From Candidatus Latescibacterota bacterium (GTDB lineage Bacteria > Latescibacterota > UBA2968 > GCA-2709665): 64,000 bases of DNA. This document shows positions 18,234 to 27,502 of the stretch, piece by piece; within the stretch, counting starts at the first letter, position 1; the number at the start of each line of letters is the position of its first letter. The stretch spans positions 3,136,001-3,200,000 of the forward strand of contig OZ252100.1 of assembly GCA_965248435.1 (NCBI GenBank), in the 5' to 3' direction. Both the position numbers and the translations under genes were made by a program. Under the pieces are notes generated by a model. It had not been told where the DNA came from, did no database searches, and saw only the letters and a program-made list of their open reading frames with translations.

Positions 18234-19292
18234 GTGATGGAGCCTGTGAGGTTGGGTATCGTTGGCTGTGGCGTGATAGGCACTCAGCATCTGGATCTTG
18301 CAGAAAAGTGTCCTCTGGCTGAGGTGGTCGCGATAGCGGACGTCGTGGAAGACCGGGTTCGTGCCGCCGCAGAGCGATTTGATATATCCACCACATATGA
18401 TAACGGTGACGACTTGATCAATGACGAACAGGTGGATGCCGTGGTCCTCGCAATGCCCGCGGGCTTTCGGACTCCAGTAGCGTTAAAGGTGCTGGAGCGG
18501 AAGAAGCACGTCCTCCTGGAGAAGCCTGTTGCAAGATCTGTTGAGGAAGTGGAGAAAATCATGGCGCTGCAGGGAGACCGCGTGGTCGGCTGCTGCTCAT
18601 CCCGGTTTGTCTTCACCGGCCACGCTGAAGCTGCCACCAGGTGTATCGCGTCGGGAGGTCTGGGGGAGATTCGTATGGTGCGCGTCCGAGGGGTGCAAGG
18701 GGCACCAGAGGCACCGAGGGACAATCCGCCGGCGTGGCGTCAGAACATGGAACAGAATGGCGGTGGGGTCCTCGTAAACGTGGGTATCTACGATCTGGAC
18801 TATATGATGCACGTCACGGGATGGGAGCTAAAGCCGAAGGTAGTGCTGGCCACGTGGTGGCCTGCGGCAGATCCGATGTCGGCTTACGTGGCACCCGACT
18901 CGGATGCCGACTCCCACTGCGTCGGGCTCTTTCTCTGTGAGAGGGGTATCGTGTTCAGCATGGAGCGGGGAGAATTCTGCAGTACGGAGACGGACAACGC
19001 GTGGGAGATCGTCGGTACGGAAGGTACGCTTTATCTACCGGTCCGCCCGCAGAAGGGCATACCGGCTGCGGTGGTCCTGGATCGATTCGTTCCTGGCGAG
19101 GGCGTGGTACGCGAAACGCTGTGGGAGGAGGGTCAGGGGGACGTGGAAAACGATATCCTAAACGATTTTGTCTGCGCCATTCGAGAAGGCAGACAGCCGA
19201 GGACGGACCTGGAACAATCCCTGGTCCTGCAGAAGATGATTGACGCGATTTATGCTTCGGCGAAATTGGGCAAGTCTGTGTCGATATCTTGA
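18234..19292 (+). CDS. Gfo/Idh/MocA family oxidoreductase
   Basis: GIVGCGVIG, KHVLLEKP, GGGVL, GTEG. Confidence 0.9.
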   Translation: MMEPVRLGIVGCGVIGTQHLDLAEKCPLAEVVAIADVVEDRVRAAAERFDISTTYDNGDDLINDEQVDAVVLAMPAGFRTPVALKVLERKKHVLLEKPVARSVEEVEKIMALQGDRVVGCCSSRFVFTGHAEAATRCIASGGLGEIRMVRVRGVQGAPEAPRDNPPAWRQNMEQNGGGVLVNVGIYDLDYMMHVTGWELKPKVVLATWWPAADPMSAYVAPDSDADSHCVGLFLCERGIVFSMERGEFCSTETDNAWEIVGTEGTLYLPVRPQKGIPAAVVLDRFVPGEGVVRETLWEEGQGDVENDILNDFVCAIREGRQPRTDLEQSLVLQKMIDAIYASAKLGKSVSIS

Positions 19293-19391
19293 TTTGGCTT
19301 TTGCCGGAATCGAAAGGCAAAGTCCCAAGAGGCGCGGAGAGCGCAGAGAAAACGAACAATGAAATCGATGATTGAAAGGGGAAAGTGAACC

Positions 19392-20153
19392 ATGAAATTG
19401 TGTTTTATGACGTTTGTCTGTCCCAGTTGGGATCTTGAACGCGTCGTCCAGTTCGCCAAAGAGACGGATTACGACGGAGTGGAGATCAGGGTGGATCTCG
19501 GACACAATCACGGGATCTCGTCTTTGTCCTCAGCCGACGAACGGCGACGTGCAAAGGACCTTTTTGCGGACACGGGGGTGGAGATCCCGTGCGTGGCGAG
19601 CTCGGCACGCCTTTCCAACCCTGACCCCGAGAAACACGCGGAGCACCTCAAAAATGCCAAAGCGGATCTGGATCTGGCGGCCGATCTCGGCGCGCCCATT
19701 GTCAGGATTTTCGCCGGGAAGGAAGTACCCGAACTGACGACGGATGTCGCGATTCAAGTGGCGGCAGCGTTCGACGAACTCGGCGCGTACACCGAAGGCA
19801 CGGGAGTGAGTCCGATGCTCGAGTGTGGGCACGATATCATCATCCCGACGGATAAGGCGGCCGAGATTGTCAATCGCATCACGGGGCCGAATGTGGGTGC
19901 CCTGTGGAACGATTCGAACATGGACGACAAGGCCTACGATCTGCTGAAAGATCGCCTCAGACATTTTCATGTTCACGATGAGGTGCTCGATCCGGAGAAT
20001 ACAAACATCCTGGACCTGGCAAAGCGGATGAAATCTCACGGTTACACGGGCTACGTGTCTCTGGAAATCATCTGGAAAAAGGACATGCCGGAAGATCAGC
20101 TGAGGGAGACGGGGTCGAGGCTCAAGGGGTATATCTCACAGGTCTATGGGTAG
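19392..20153 (+). CDS. Sugar phosphate isomerase/epimerase (xylose isomerase-like TIM barrel)
   Basis: YDGVEIR, VRIFAG, LE.GHD, HFHVHD, GYVSLE. Confidence 0.85.
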   Translation: MKLCFMTFVCPSWDLERVVQFAKETDYDGVEIRVDLGHNHGISSLSSADERRRAKDLFADTGVEIPCVASSARLSNPDPEKHAEHLKNAKADLDLAADLGAPIVRIFAGKEVPELTTDVAIQVAAAFDELGAYTEGTGVSPMLECGHDIIIPTDKAAEIVNRITGPNVGALWNDSNMDDKAYDLLKDRLRHFHVHDEVLDPENTNILDLAKRMKSHGYTGYVSLEIIWKKDMPEDQLRETGSRLKGYISQVYG

Positions 20154-20204
20154 GGTTGGCGGAGAGGAGGCGGTTTCAGTGAAAAACAAGGGAATCGAGA
20201 GAAC

Positions 20205-20792
20205 ATGGATCGCGTGAACTCCACGGAAACGGTCGGCGAAGTGATCGAAAGCAGTACGTCAGAGTTTCTGGCGGAGAGCCGGGAGCTGAACGAAGGACCT
20301 TCGTTCGGGACCTTCGTCAAGACCGGGCCTGAACCTGTGATTTATGGGCTGGTTTTCAACTCCACGACACATTCACTCGAGCCTAACCGAAGGCCCAGGG
20401 CCTATGGAAAGACGGAAGCGGAGCTTCGCCTGGAGCAGCCCCAGATCTTCGAGCTCCTTACGACCGAGTTCGCGGTCGTGGTGATCGGTCACTTGTCCGA
20501 GCGTGGTCCTGAACGCGTTCTGCCTCCCCAGCCACCTCGCATCCACAACTTTGTATATACGTGTGATGAGGCGGAAGTGAAGGCCTTGACCGTTGACGGA
20601 GACTTCGTACGGACGATCTTGGGTCGCCCCGCACTGCCTGCCGATGATCTAATCATCGCGGCCGTGCGAAATGCTTGGCACGCACGCGCCTTCGAGATGC
20701 CTTACATGGTGTCTCTGGGCAAGGACCTTTGTCGGCTCGTTCGAGACGACTATGACCGCCTCAGCTCGATTATGCGGAGGATCTCTTCGTGA
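20205..20792 (+). CDS. HAS-barrel domain protein (NurA/HerA partner)
   Basis: GEVIESSTSEFLAE, PSFGTFVK, EQPQIFELL, LPPQPPRIHNFV, L.DDYDRL; GTGA overlap with herA. Confidence 0.8.
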   Translation: MDRVNSTETVGEVIESSTSEFLAESRELNEGPSFGTFVKTGPEPVIYGLVFNSTTHSLEPNRRPRAYGKTEAELRLEQPQIFELLTTEFAVVVIGHLSERGPERVLPPQPPRIHNFVYTCDEAEVKALTVDGDFVRTILGRPALPADDLIIAAVRNAWHARAFEMPYMVSLGKDLCRLVRDDYDRLSSIMRRISS

Positions 20793-22468
20793 GCAGCGTC
20801 GGGAAACAGGCTACGCCTGAATGGAATGGATCGGGTTCCGGGAATGAGATCGGTGTCATTACGCAGGGCTCGCTGACTGAAGGCGTGGAGATGAAGCTGA
20901 ATCCGGACCGGAGTGTGGAGGATGTGAAGGCGGGCAAGTTCGTGGTGATCGAGGGATTCAAGAACGAATTCTTTTCGATGATTACGGACCTGAGCCTGGA
21001 CGCGACGAACCCAGACATCCTTCTGTATCCGCCGATGGAAGGAGACCGGCTGCTGCACAGCGTGCTGAATGGATCGAGTACCTACGTGACGGTGTCTCTT
21101 CGGCCCATGCTGATGCTCGAGCGAGGCGAGGAGATGGGCGATGAGCCCCGTCCGGTCAAGACGATCCCGAGCCACTTTTCCAGGGTGATCGAGGCGGAGG
21201 AGGAGGATGTCTCCAGGGTGTTCGGGAGCGAGGCGAGGGGCGAGCGATTCTTCAATATGGGTACGCCGCTGGATATGGAGACACCGGTCTGCCTCAACCT
21301 GGACCGCTTTGTGGAGCGGAGCAACGGGATCTTCGGAAAGACAGGAACCGGAAAGTCCTTTTTGACGCGACTCGTCCTGTGTGGAATGATCAAGCAGGAA
21401 CGGGCCGTGAATTTGATTTTCGACATGCACAACGAGTACGGGTTTCAGGCGATGCAGGAGGCCGGGTTGGGCAAGGGAGGATTCGTCAAAGGTCTGAAGC
21501 AGCTTTTCGGGAGCCGCGTGGCGCTGTTCTCTCTTGACCCGGAGTCCACGCGGAAGCGCGGGCAGCAGCCGGATCACGAGGTGACGATCTCCTACGACCA
21601 GATTGCTGTGGAGGACGTGATTGCGCTTCAGGATGAACTGCAGTTGAATCCTACCGCCGCGGAGTCGGCCTATCTGGTCTACGCGATGTATAAACAGCGT
21701 TGGCTGCGGCAGTTGCTGTCGATCGACGGTCCGGATCTCGAGCAGTTTGCGGATGACCTGGGGGCGAACAAAAGCTCACTTTCGGCGCTGCACCGGAAGT
21801 TGAGACGGATCGAGACGTTCCCCTTTACGGTGGACCGGCTGGATGGTCCGGATGCGGTGGATACGATGATGGACTACATCGACCGCGGGATCCACATCGT
21901 TCTGGAGTTCGGACGCCAGACGAGCATGCTGGCCTATCTGCTGGTCGCCAACATCATCTCGCGACGCATCCACGAGAAGTATGTGCAGAAGAGCGAGCAG
22001 TTCTACGCGACACAGGACCCCGCGGACCGACCCCGGCAGCTAGTGATCACGATCGAGGAGGCGCACAAGTTCCTGAACATGACGACGGCCAAGCAGACGA
22101 TTTTCGGGACGATTGCGAGGGAGATGCGGAAGTATTACGTTTCCCTCCTCGTTGTAGATCAGCGCCCATCCGGGATCGACGAGGAGGTGCTGTCCCAGCT
22201 CGGGACGAAGATCACGGCGCTTCTGAACGACGAGAAGGATATTCAGGCGGTGCTGACGGGGATGTCGAACGCATCGGGGCTGAGGAGCGTGCTGGCGAGC
22301 CTGGACTCGAAGCAACAGGCCCTGGTCTTCGGCCACGCCGTACCGATGCCGGTTGTGATCCGCACGCGGGACTATGACGCGGCCTTCTATCGGGCCATGG
22401 GAGACCTGGATGATGAGGAGGTTGTGACCCGCGCGGAGACGGCCTCGGCGGCGGTATTCGGGGACTAG
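20789..22468 (+). CDS. herA: HerA/FtsK-family helicase-ATPase (DUF87)
   Basis: N-terminal HAS barrel, Walker A GKTGTGKS, FDMHNEY, Walker B IEEAHKF, IAREMRKY, DQRPS. Confidence 0.92.
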   Translation: MSSVGKQATPEWNGSGSGNEIGVITQGSLTEGVEMKLNPDRSVEDVKAGKFVVIEGFKNEFFSMITDLSLDATNPDILLYPPMEGDRLLHSVLNGSSTYVTVSLRPMLMLERGEEMGDEPRPVKTIPSHFSRVIEAEEEDVSRVFGSEARGERFFNMGTPLDMETPVCLNLDRFVERSNGIFGKTGTGKSFLTRLVLCGMIKQERAVNLIFDMHNEYGFQAMQEAGLGKGGFVKGLKQLFGSRVALFSLDPESTRKRGQQPDHEVTISYDQIAVEDVIALQDELQLNPTAAESAYLVYAMYKQRWLRQLLSIDGPDLEQFADDLGANKSSLSALHRKLRRIETFPFTVDRLDGPDAVDTMMDYIDRGIHIVLEFGRQTSMLAYLLVANIISRRIHEKYVQKSEQFYATQDPADRPRQLVITIEEAHKFLNMTTAKQTIFGTIAREMRKYYVSLLVVDQRPSGIDEEVLSQLGTKITALLNDEKDIQAVLTGMSNASGLRSVLASLDSKQQALVFGHAVPMPVVIRTRDYDAAFYRAMGDLDDEEVVTRAETASAAVFGD

Positions 22469-22519
22469 CCGGGCCCTTCCAGGGGTTTGCGTTCGAGAGC
22501 GCGGATGGCGCGGAAAAAA

Positions 22520-22864
22520 TCAAGCAGATTCCGGCGAACTGCCGCTCGTATTTTCCTGGATCCAGTCCAGGTAAGGCGGATGGCCCTCGACAATCGGTAG
22601 GGCGGTGATGCCGGGGACTTCGTAGCTGTGGAGCTCGCCGGCGCGTTGGATCAGGGCCTGCAGCTGTGCGCGGGTCGTTTTGAGGAACATCAGGGCTTCA
22701 GGTTCGTCTTCGACCTTGCCCCGCCAGCGGTAGATGGACCGGATTTGGGGAACGATGTTCGCGCAGGCCGCCAGGCGCTCCTCGACGAGGGTTCGACCGA
22801 TTGTAGCAGCTTCGTCTTCCGAGCCGGCAGTGATGAAGACGACGTGGGGTTCGTTTTCAGTCAC
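22520..22864 (-). CDS. cutA: Divalent-cation tolerance protein CutA
   Basis: LVEERLAACANI, SIYRWRG, HSYEVP, YLDWI. Confidence 0.95.
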   Translation of the reverse strand: MTENEPHVVFITAGSEDEAATIGRTLVEERLAACANIVPQIRSIYRWRGKVEDEPEALMFLKTTRAQLQALIQRAGELHSYEVPGITALPIVEGHPPYLDWIQENTSGSSPESA

Positions 22865-23343
22865 GGGATCTCCTTTCGGGCCTTTTCAGCGTGCTCCTTA
22901 ATCTTCTCCAGCCTGCTGTTCATTCGGTTCAGGTGCGTTCCCTGCCAGTAGACCCGGCTGCACTTGGGACACTCGTGAAAGCGCCGCTGGGTCTCGTAAA
23001 CGTAGGGCGGAATTCGGTCTTGAACGGCCTCTGGCTGCACCTGGAGGATGGGCTCGTTACAGACCAGACAGAGGGTGAAGGTCTCACGATCGAGGTTCAA
23101 CCCCAGTGTCTGGACGAGCTGGAACATCTGATCATCCAGGCCGTCGTGGGTGATGAGGAAACTACGCCCGTCGGGGGAACGATCCGCCAAGGGCCTGTCG
23201 CGTGTGAGGAGAACGCGGTCTTCCGTCAGGGCCTGATTCAGGATCGTATCGTCGTCGGCAAGCGGATCGTAGGCGGTGTCATATCCGAGAATTCTGAGCC
23301 ACCGAGCCAACTTGCCGAGCATGCTGTCGGCGACAAACTTCAT
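22861..23343 (-). CDS. Mut7-C RNase (PIN-like) domain protein
   Basis: FVADSMLGKLARWLRILGYD, LLTRD, CLVCN...CPKCSRVYWQGTH. Confidence 0.92.
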   Translation of the reverse strand: MKFVADSMLGKLARWLRILGYDTAYDPLADDDTILNQALTEDRVLLTRDRPLADRSPDGRSFLITHDGLDDQMFQLVQTLGLNLDRETFTLCLVCNEPILQVQPEAVQDRIPPYVYETQRRFHECPKCSRVYWQGTHLNRMNSRLEKIKEHAEKARKEIP

Positions 23344-23361
23344 GTCAGTAATATATAAAAG

Positions 23362-23498
23362 ACCGGGTACCGGGTATACAGTAGATGGCGACAGAGATCT
23401 GACGGCTTAGGGGCGACGCAGGCGTCTCCCCTAAAACCAAACACGGGTACCGGGTACGAGAAAATTGCGGATTGCGGATTTGGGATTGCGGAATGAAG
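23362..23498. repeat. Cluster of short repeats: ACCGGGT units, REP-like palindrome, ATTGCGG run
   Basis: accgggtaccgggt near 23362 and 23443; taggggcgacgcaggcgtctccccta 23408-23433; attgcgg run 23464-23498. Confidence 0.7.
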
Positions 23499-23562
23499 GG
23501 CAGAGCCGCCTAACCGCAGAGACAGGATCAGGCAACTCCAATCATATGGACCTATTTTGACC

Positions 23563-24669
23563 ATGGCGCTTGAGCTTTCACCCGAAGAACTGGGATTCGA
23601 TCCCGAAAGGCTGGAGCGTGCAAAGGACGTCCTCGTTCGCCACGTGAAAAGAGAGACGACACCTGGGGCTGTGGGGGTGGTTGTGCGCGGCGGGGCTGTT
23701 GCGGCGAAGTGGGCGGTGGGGCGGCACAGCTACGACCCCTTCTCGCCAGAGGTGCGGGTAGAGGACGTCTACGATCTGGCTTCTCTGACGAAGGTGGTGG
23801 CAACCACAGCGATCTGCTTGCTTCTAGAGGAAGCGGGCCGACTGGATCTGGATGAGCCCGTTGCAGAAAGAGTCAAGGAGTTTCGGGGAGCGGGACGCGA
23901 GAAGGTTACAGCCAGGCAGCTGCTTGCACACTGCAGCGGTCTTCCCGCACACGCCGAGCTGTATCGCGTCTGTTTTTCGCCGGAGGCGGTCCAGGAGGCG
24001 GTGTGCAAGATCCCGCTGGCCTACGAACCGGGGACGCAGGATGTCTACAGCGATATTGGGTTCATTCTTCTGGGGATCACGTTGGAGCGGGTGAGCGGGC
24101 ATCGTCTGGGACGATTGGCCCGACAGTACGTCTTTGGCCCGCTCGGCATGTCGGATACGACATATCGTCCCGGGCGGGAACTGCACTACCGCATCCCCCC
24201 TACTGAATACGATTCCACAGTGCGAGGGCGATTGATTCACGGGGAAGTGCACGACGAGAATGCGTGGGCCATGCGGGGCGTGGCGCCGCACGCAGGCTTA
24301 TTCGGCCCGGCCGAAGACCTGACGCGATTTTTGCAGACGTTTCTAAACGGCGGCAGGCAGGAGGGTCGTCGGGTTTTTCCGAAGGATAAAGTCGACGCCT
24401 ATACGGCGAGAGCGGATCTGGTGCCGGGAAGCACGCGTGCACTGGGGTGGGACACCGTTTCCGAGGAGGGGAGCATGACCGGCAAACATTTTTCCCCGAA
24501 ATCTTACGGGAGTCTCGGGTTTACGGGCACCTCCATCTGGGCGGACCCCACACGAGACCTTGGCGTGGTCCTGCTGACGAATCGGATCCATCCCAGCCGG
24601 GAGAATACGGGGATCAGGCGGCTGAGGCCGGCCTTTCACAACGCCATAGCTGAAGCCCTAGTCACGTGA
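23563..24669 (+). CDS. Serine hydrolase, beta-lactamase/AmiE-like family
   Basis: YDLASLTK (SxxK), YSD, GEVHDENA, HAGLF, GFTGTSIW.DP, LLTNR.HP. Confidence 0.9.
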   Translation: MALELSPEELGFDPERLERAKDVLVRHVKRETTPGAVGVVVRGGAVAAKWAVGRHSYDPFSPEVRVEDVYDLASLTKVVATTAICLLLEEAGRLDLDEPVAERVKEFRGAGREKVTARQLLAHCSGLPAHAELYRVCFSPEAVQEAVCKIPLAYEPGTQDVYSDIGFILLGITLERVSGHRLGRLARQYVFGPLGMSDTTYRPGRELHYRIPPTEYDSTVRGRLIHGEVHDENAWAMRGVAPHAGLFGPAEDLTRFLQTFLNGGRQEGRRVFPKDKVDAYTARADLVPGSTRALGWDTVSEEGSMTGKHFSPKSYGSLGFTGTSIWADPTRDLGVVLLTNRIHPSRENTGIRRLRPAFHNAIAEALVT

Positions 24670-24688
24670 ACCAGGGGCAGTTGCCCGG

Positions 24689-26206
24689 CTAGGAGAAACA
24701 CTTTTGGAGATAGGCCAGATCGAGTCCTGGATAGACCGGAAACCGCTCGAGCAGATCGCTGACACGTGACTTTGCTGCTTCGAGGGTCTCCCCGTCAACG
24801 CGATACCTCGCCTTGCTTAGCTCTCCTGCACTCTTCCCTTTCTTGATCTTCGACGGCCGAGTTACGGAGAGGATCTGCTTCATGATGGACGCGATTTCCC
24901 GCATTTCTTCTCCGCCCATCCCGAGGGTTGTGAGCGCCGGCGTGCCGATTCTGAGCCCGCTCGTGTACCACGGGCCGTTGACGTCAAACGGAAGCGCGTT
25001 CCGGTTCAGAGTGATGCTGGCTTCACGCACGGCAGATTCTGCCTGACGCCCTGTGAGGCCGAAGGTTGTGACGTCGAGGAGCATCAGGTGGTTGTCGGTT
25101 CCGCCTGTGAGGATCTTCATTCCCTCCTGGATGCAGCTTTCCGCGAGGACCCGGGCGTTTTCGATAATTCGCGCCGCGTAGTCTTTGAATGCGTCCGAAC
25201 TGGCCTCCTGCAAGGCGACGGCCTTGGCGGCAAGTGCGTGCGGCAGCGGCCCACCCAGGACGAGCGGACAGCCCTTGTCAACGTGTTCGGCGAATTCCTC
25301 TTTGCATAGGATCAATCCCCCTCGGGGCCCCCTGAGGGTCTTGTGCGTCGTCGTAGTTACGACGTCGGCGTGGGCGACCGGATCGAAATCGCCTTCGAAT
25401 ACCTTTCCCGCCACGAGCCCTGAGAAGTGCGCCATGTCCACCATGAATACGGCGCCCACTTCCTCCGCTATCTCTCTGAAGATCCTGAAGTTGATCTTCC
25501 GGGGGTAGGCGCTGTAACCGGCGAGGAGGATGAGCGGCTTGAAGGCCGCCGCCTGTTCCCTGAGCTTGTCGTAGTCGATGAGGCTGGTTTCGGGGTCGAC
25601 GCTGTAAGATTCGCTAATGAACATGCGGGCAGATACGTTGTGTCTGTAGCCGTGAGTCAGGTGACCGCCGGAGTAGTAGTCCATCCCCAACAGCCGCTGG
25701 TTCCCAAGGGCGGATCGGATTCTCTCCCATTCCTCGTCTGAAAGCTTTGACGGGTCGGGCTGGTCGAGTGCTTCCATCATTGGGGCCTGAATCCGGGCAG
25801 AGAGGATGGCCCAGAAGGCCACCAGGTTCGCGTCGGCCCCCGAGTGAGGCTGAGCGTAGGCGTGATCCGCCCCAAAAAGGGCACACGCCAGGTCGGCCGC
25901 GTGGCTCTCCACCGTGTCTACGTTGTCACAGCCTGCATAGAAGCGGTGGTATGGGTAGCCTTCGGCATATTTGTCAGTGAACAGGTTGCCCTGGGCGAGC
26001 TGAACGGCGAGCGAGCAATAGTTCTCGCTCGCGATCATCTTTAGATTTCCACGCTGGTCGGTCAGCTCTGAGACGATGGCCTTTGCGACTTCCGGAGAGG
26101 ATGCGTGGACGATTTCCAACGCGGCGAGGTAGGCGATGAATCCGGGGTCCGGCCGCTTGTCCGGGGCGGAGGCGAGGTAGCTTGCAAGCGGGGACGGAGA
26201 AGCCAT
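24689..26206 (-). CDS. glyA: Serine hydroxymethyltransferase (long form)
   Basis: [39 protein letters not shown] (PLP Lys), GGTDNH, SGLRIGT. Confidence 0.97.
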   Translation of the reverse strand: MASPSPLASYLASAPDKRPDPGFIAYLAALEIVHASSPEVAKAIVSELTDQRGNLKMIASENYCSLAVQLAQGNLFTDKYAEGYPYHRFYAGCDNVDTVESHAADLACALFGADHAYAQPHSGADANLVAFWAILSARIQAPMMEALDQPDPSKLSDEEWERIRSALGNQRLLGMDYYSGGHLTHGYRHNVSARMFISESYSVDPETSLIDYDKLREQAAAFKPLILLAGYSAYPRKINFRIFREIAEEVGAVFMVDMAHFSGLVAGKVFEGDFDPVAHADVVTTTTHKTLRGPRGGLILCKEEFAEHVDKGCPLVLGGPLPHALAAKAVALQEASSDAFKDYAARIIENARVLAESCIQEGMKILTGGTDNHLMLLDVTTFGLTGRQAESAVREASITLNRNALPFDVNGPWYTSGLRIGTPALTTLGMGGEEMREIASIMKQILSVTRPSKIKKGKSAGELSKARYRVDGETLEAAKSRVSDLLERFPVYPGLDLAYLQKCFS

Positions 26207-26229
26207 TGGGGAACCTCCTTGAATCTAGG

Positions 26230-26264
26230 ATAAAAAATGACCCAGGCTTTGGACGGCCCAGGTC
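26230..26264 (-). terminator. Terminator-like hairpin in the glyA leader
   Basis: Minus strand GACCTGGGC-cgtccaaa-GCCTGGGTC followed by ATTTTTT, between promoter and RBS. Confidence 0.55.
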
Positions 26265-26283
26265 GTCACATCAAACCACACCC

Positions 26284-26311
26284 AAGATATCTGAAAAATT
26301 TGCAACGTCAA
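26284..26311 (-). promoter_or_regulatory. Sigma70-type promoter for glyA
   Basis: Minus strand TTGACG-16 nt-TATCTT. Confidence 0.55.
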
Positions 26312-26324
26312 CCTCAATTTCCCC

Positions 26325-26353
26325 TTGCTCGCTCGCAGCGGTGGACCTATATT
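26325..26353 (+). promoter_or_regulatory. Sigma70-type promoter for pyrB
   Basis: TTGCTC-17 nt-TATATT. Confidence 0.55.
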
Positions 26354-26363
26354 CCCGTTTCAA

Positions 26364-26417
26364 ATGAAGCGCATACAAGGTTTCCGGACACGGTTTCGGT
26401 GGAGGCTCTCCCTCTAG
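26364..26417 (+). CDS. Putative pyrB leader peptide MKRIQGFRTRFRWRLSL
   Basis: ATG about 10 nt after the -10 box; the TAG stop lies in the loop of the terminator hairpin. Confidence 0.5.
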   Translation: MKRIQGFRTRFRWRLSL

Positions 26418-26434
26418 AGGGGGAGTTTTTTTTT
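26408..26434 (+). terminator. Attenuator-type intrinsic terminator upstream of pyrB
   Basis: CTCCCTC-taga-GGGGGAG followed by nine T, 20 nt before the pyrB ATG. Confidence 0.8.
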
Positions 26435-26454
26435 GATCTGGATGGGAGATCTCA

Positions 26455-27381
26455 ATGGATAGACTTTTCCACGTGATCGAGGCGCAGCAGTTCGACAAGG
26501 ACCTGCTTGCGAAGATCTTTGCCGTGACCAAGGAGATGGAAGAGGTCGTGAGCCGCTATGGATCCAACATCCTCAATCGGAGGATCATGGCCACACTCTT
26601 CTACGAGCCAAGCACACGCACCCGCTTGTCTTTCGAGGCAGCCATGCGCCGGCTTGGGGGCGGGGTGGTCACGACGGAGAGTGCGACAGAGTTTTCCTCC
26701 GCTGCGAAGGGAGAAACGCTGGAGGACACGATTCGGATCGTGGAGGGCTACTCCGATGTGATCGTGTTGAGACATTTCGAAAGCGGAGCGGCGAAACGTG
26801 CGGCAGATGTCGCATCCGTGCCCATCTTGAGCGCCGGAGACGGGCCAGGCCAACATCCCACGCAGGCGCTGCTGGACGTCTATACGATTAAGAAGGAGAT
26901 CGGGAGGTTGGATGGGATCAAGATGGCGATGGTGGGAGACCTCGCAAACGGACGCACCGTTCGGTCACTGGCCTATCTGATGACCAAATATGCAGATGTG
27001 AAGCTCTACTTCGTGGCTCCGGATGTGGTCCGCATGAAAGACGATATCAAGGAGTACCTGACCCGGAGTGGTGTGTGGTTCGAGGAACGAAAAGACCTGA
27101 TGAGTGTGGTAAAGGAGGTCGACGTTGTCTACCAGACACGCATCCAGCGAGAGCGGTTCGGAGATCGAACCGAGGACTATGAGAAGGCACGGGGCAGTTA
27201 CATCATAGATGCCAGTGTGATGGAGGCCCTTCCCCAGCACGCGCGTGTCATGCACCCCCTTCCCCGCGTGGATGAGATCGACCCTGAAGTGGATTCCGAT
27301 CCGCGCGCGGCCTACTTTCGGCAGGCCCACAACGGGCTCTACATCCGAATGGCGCTTCTACAGATGGTTTTGGATGTGTAA
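26455..27381 (+). CDS. pyrB: Aspartate carbamoyltransferase catalytic chain
   Basis: FYEPSTRTRLSF, KGETLEDT, HPTQALLD, YQTRIQRER, HPLPR. Confidence 0.97.
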   Translation: MDRLFHVIEAQQFDKDLLAKIFAVTKEMEEVVSRYGSNILNRRIMATLFYEPSTRTRLSFEAAMRRLGGGVVTTESATEFSSAAKGETLEDTIRIVEGYSDVIVLRHFESGAAKRAADVASVPILSAGDGPGQHPTQALLDVYTIKKEIGRLDGIKMAMVGDLANGRTVRSLAYLMTKYADVKLYFVAPDVVRMKDDIKEYLTRSGVWFEERKDLMSVVKEVDVVYQTRIQRERFGDRTEDYEKARGSYIIDASVMEALPQHARVMHPLPRVDEIDPEVDSDPRAAYFRQAHNGLYIRMALLQMVLDV

Positions 27382-27394
27382 AAAGCGCCAATGA

Positions 27395-27422
27395 ATTGCG
27401 GATTGCGGATTGCGGATTGAAA
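27395..27422. repeat. Tandem ATTGCGG heptamer repeat
   Basis: attgcgg x3 plus attgaaa after the pyrB stop; accgggtaccgg at 27441. Confidence 0.85.
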
Positions 27423-27502
27423 AGCAAAGACCCAGAGAAAACCGGGTACCGGAAGTCAAACCACCGTAGTCACTTTTATTGCCGTTCATCCTTGACGCCC
27501 TG

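Noticed and set aside
23563-24669. Beta-lactam resistance gene
   Set aside because: Motifs (VHDENA, HAGLF) fit the AmiE/esterase-like branch, not class C beta-lactamases.
26207-26290. ZMP/ZTP or glycine riboswitch upstream of glyA
   Set aside because: GCC...GCCTGGG resembles the ZTP 3' stem, but the P1/P2 region and pseudoknot partner are missing and the leader is too short.
26380-26410. PyrR-binding loop upstream of pyrB
   Set aside because: Only GAGGCT matches; the ARUCCNGNGAGGYU consensus is not present.
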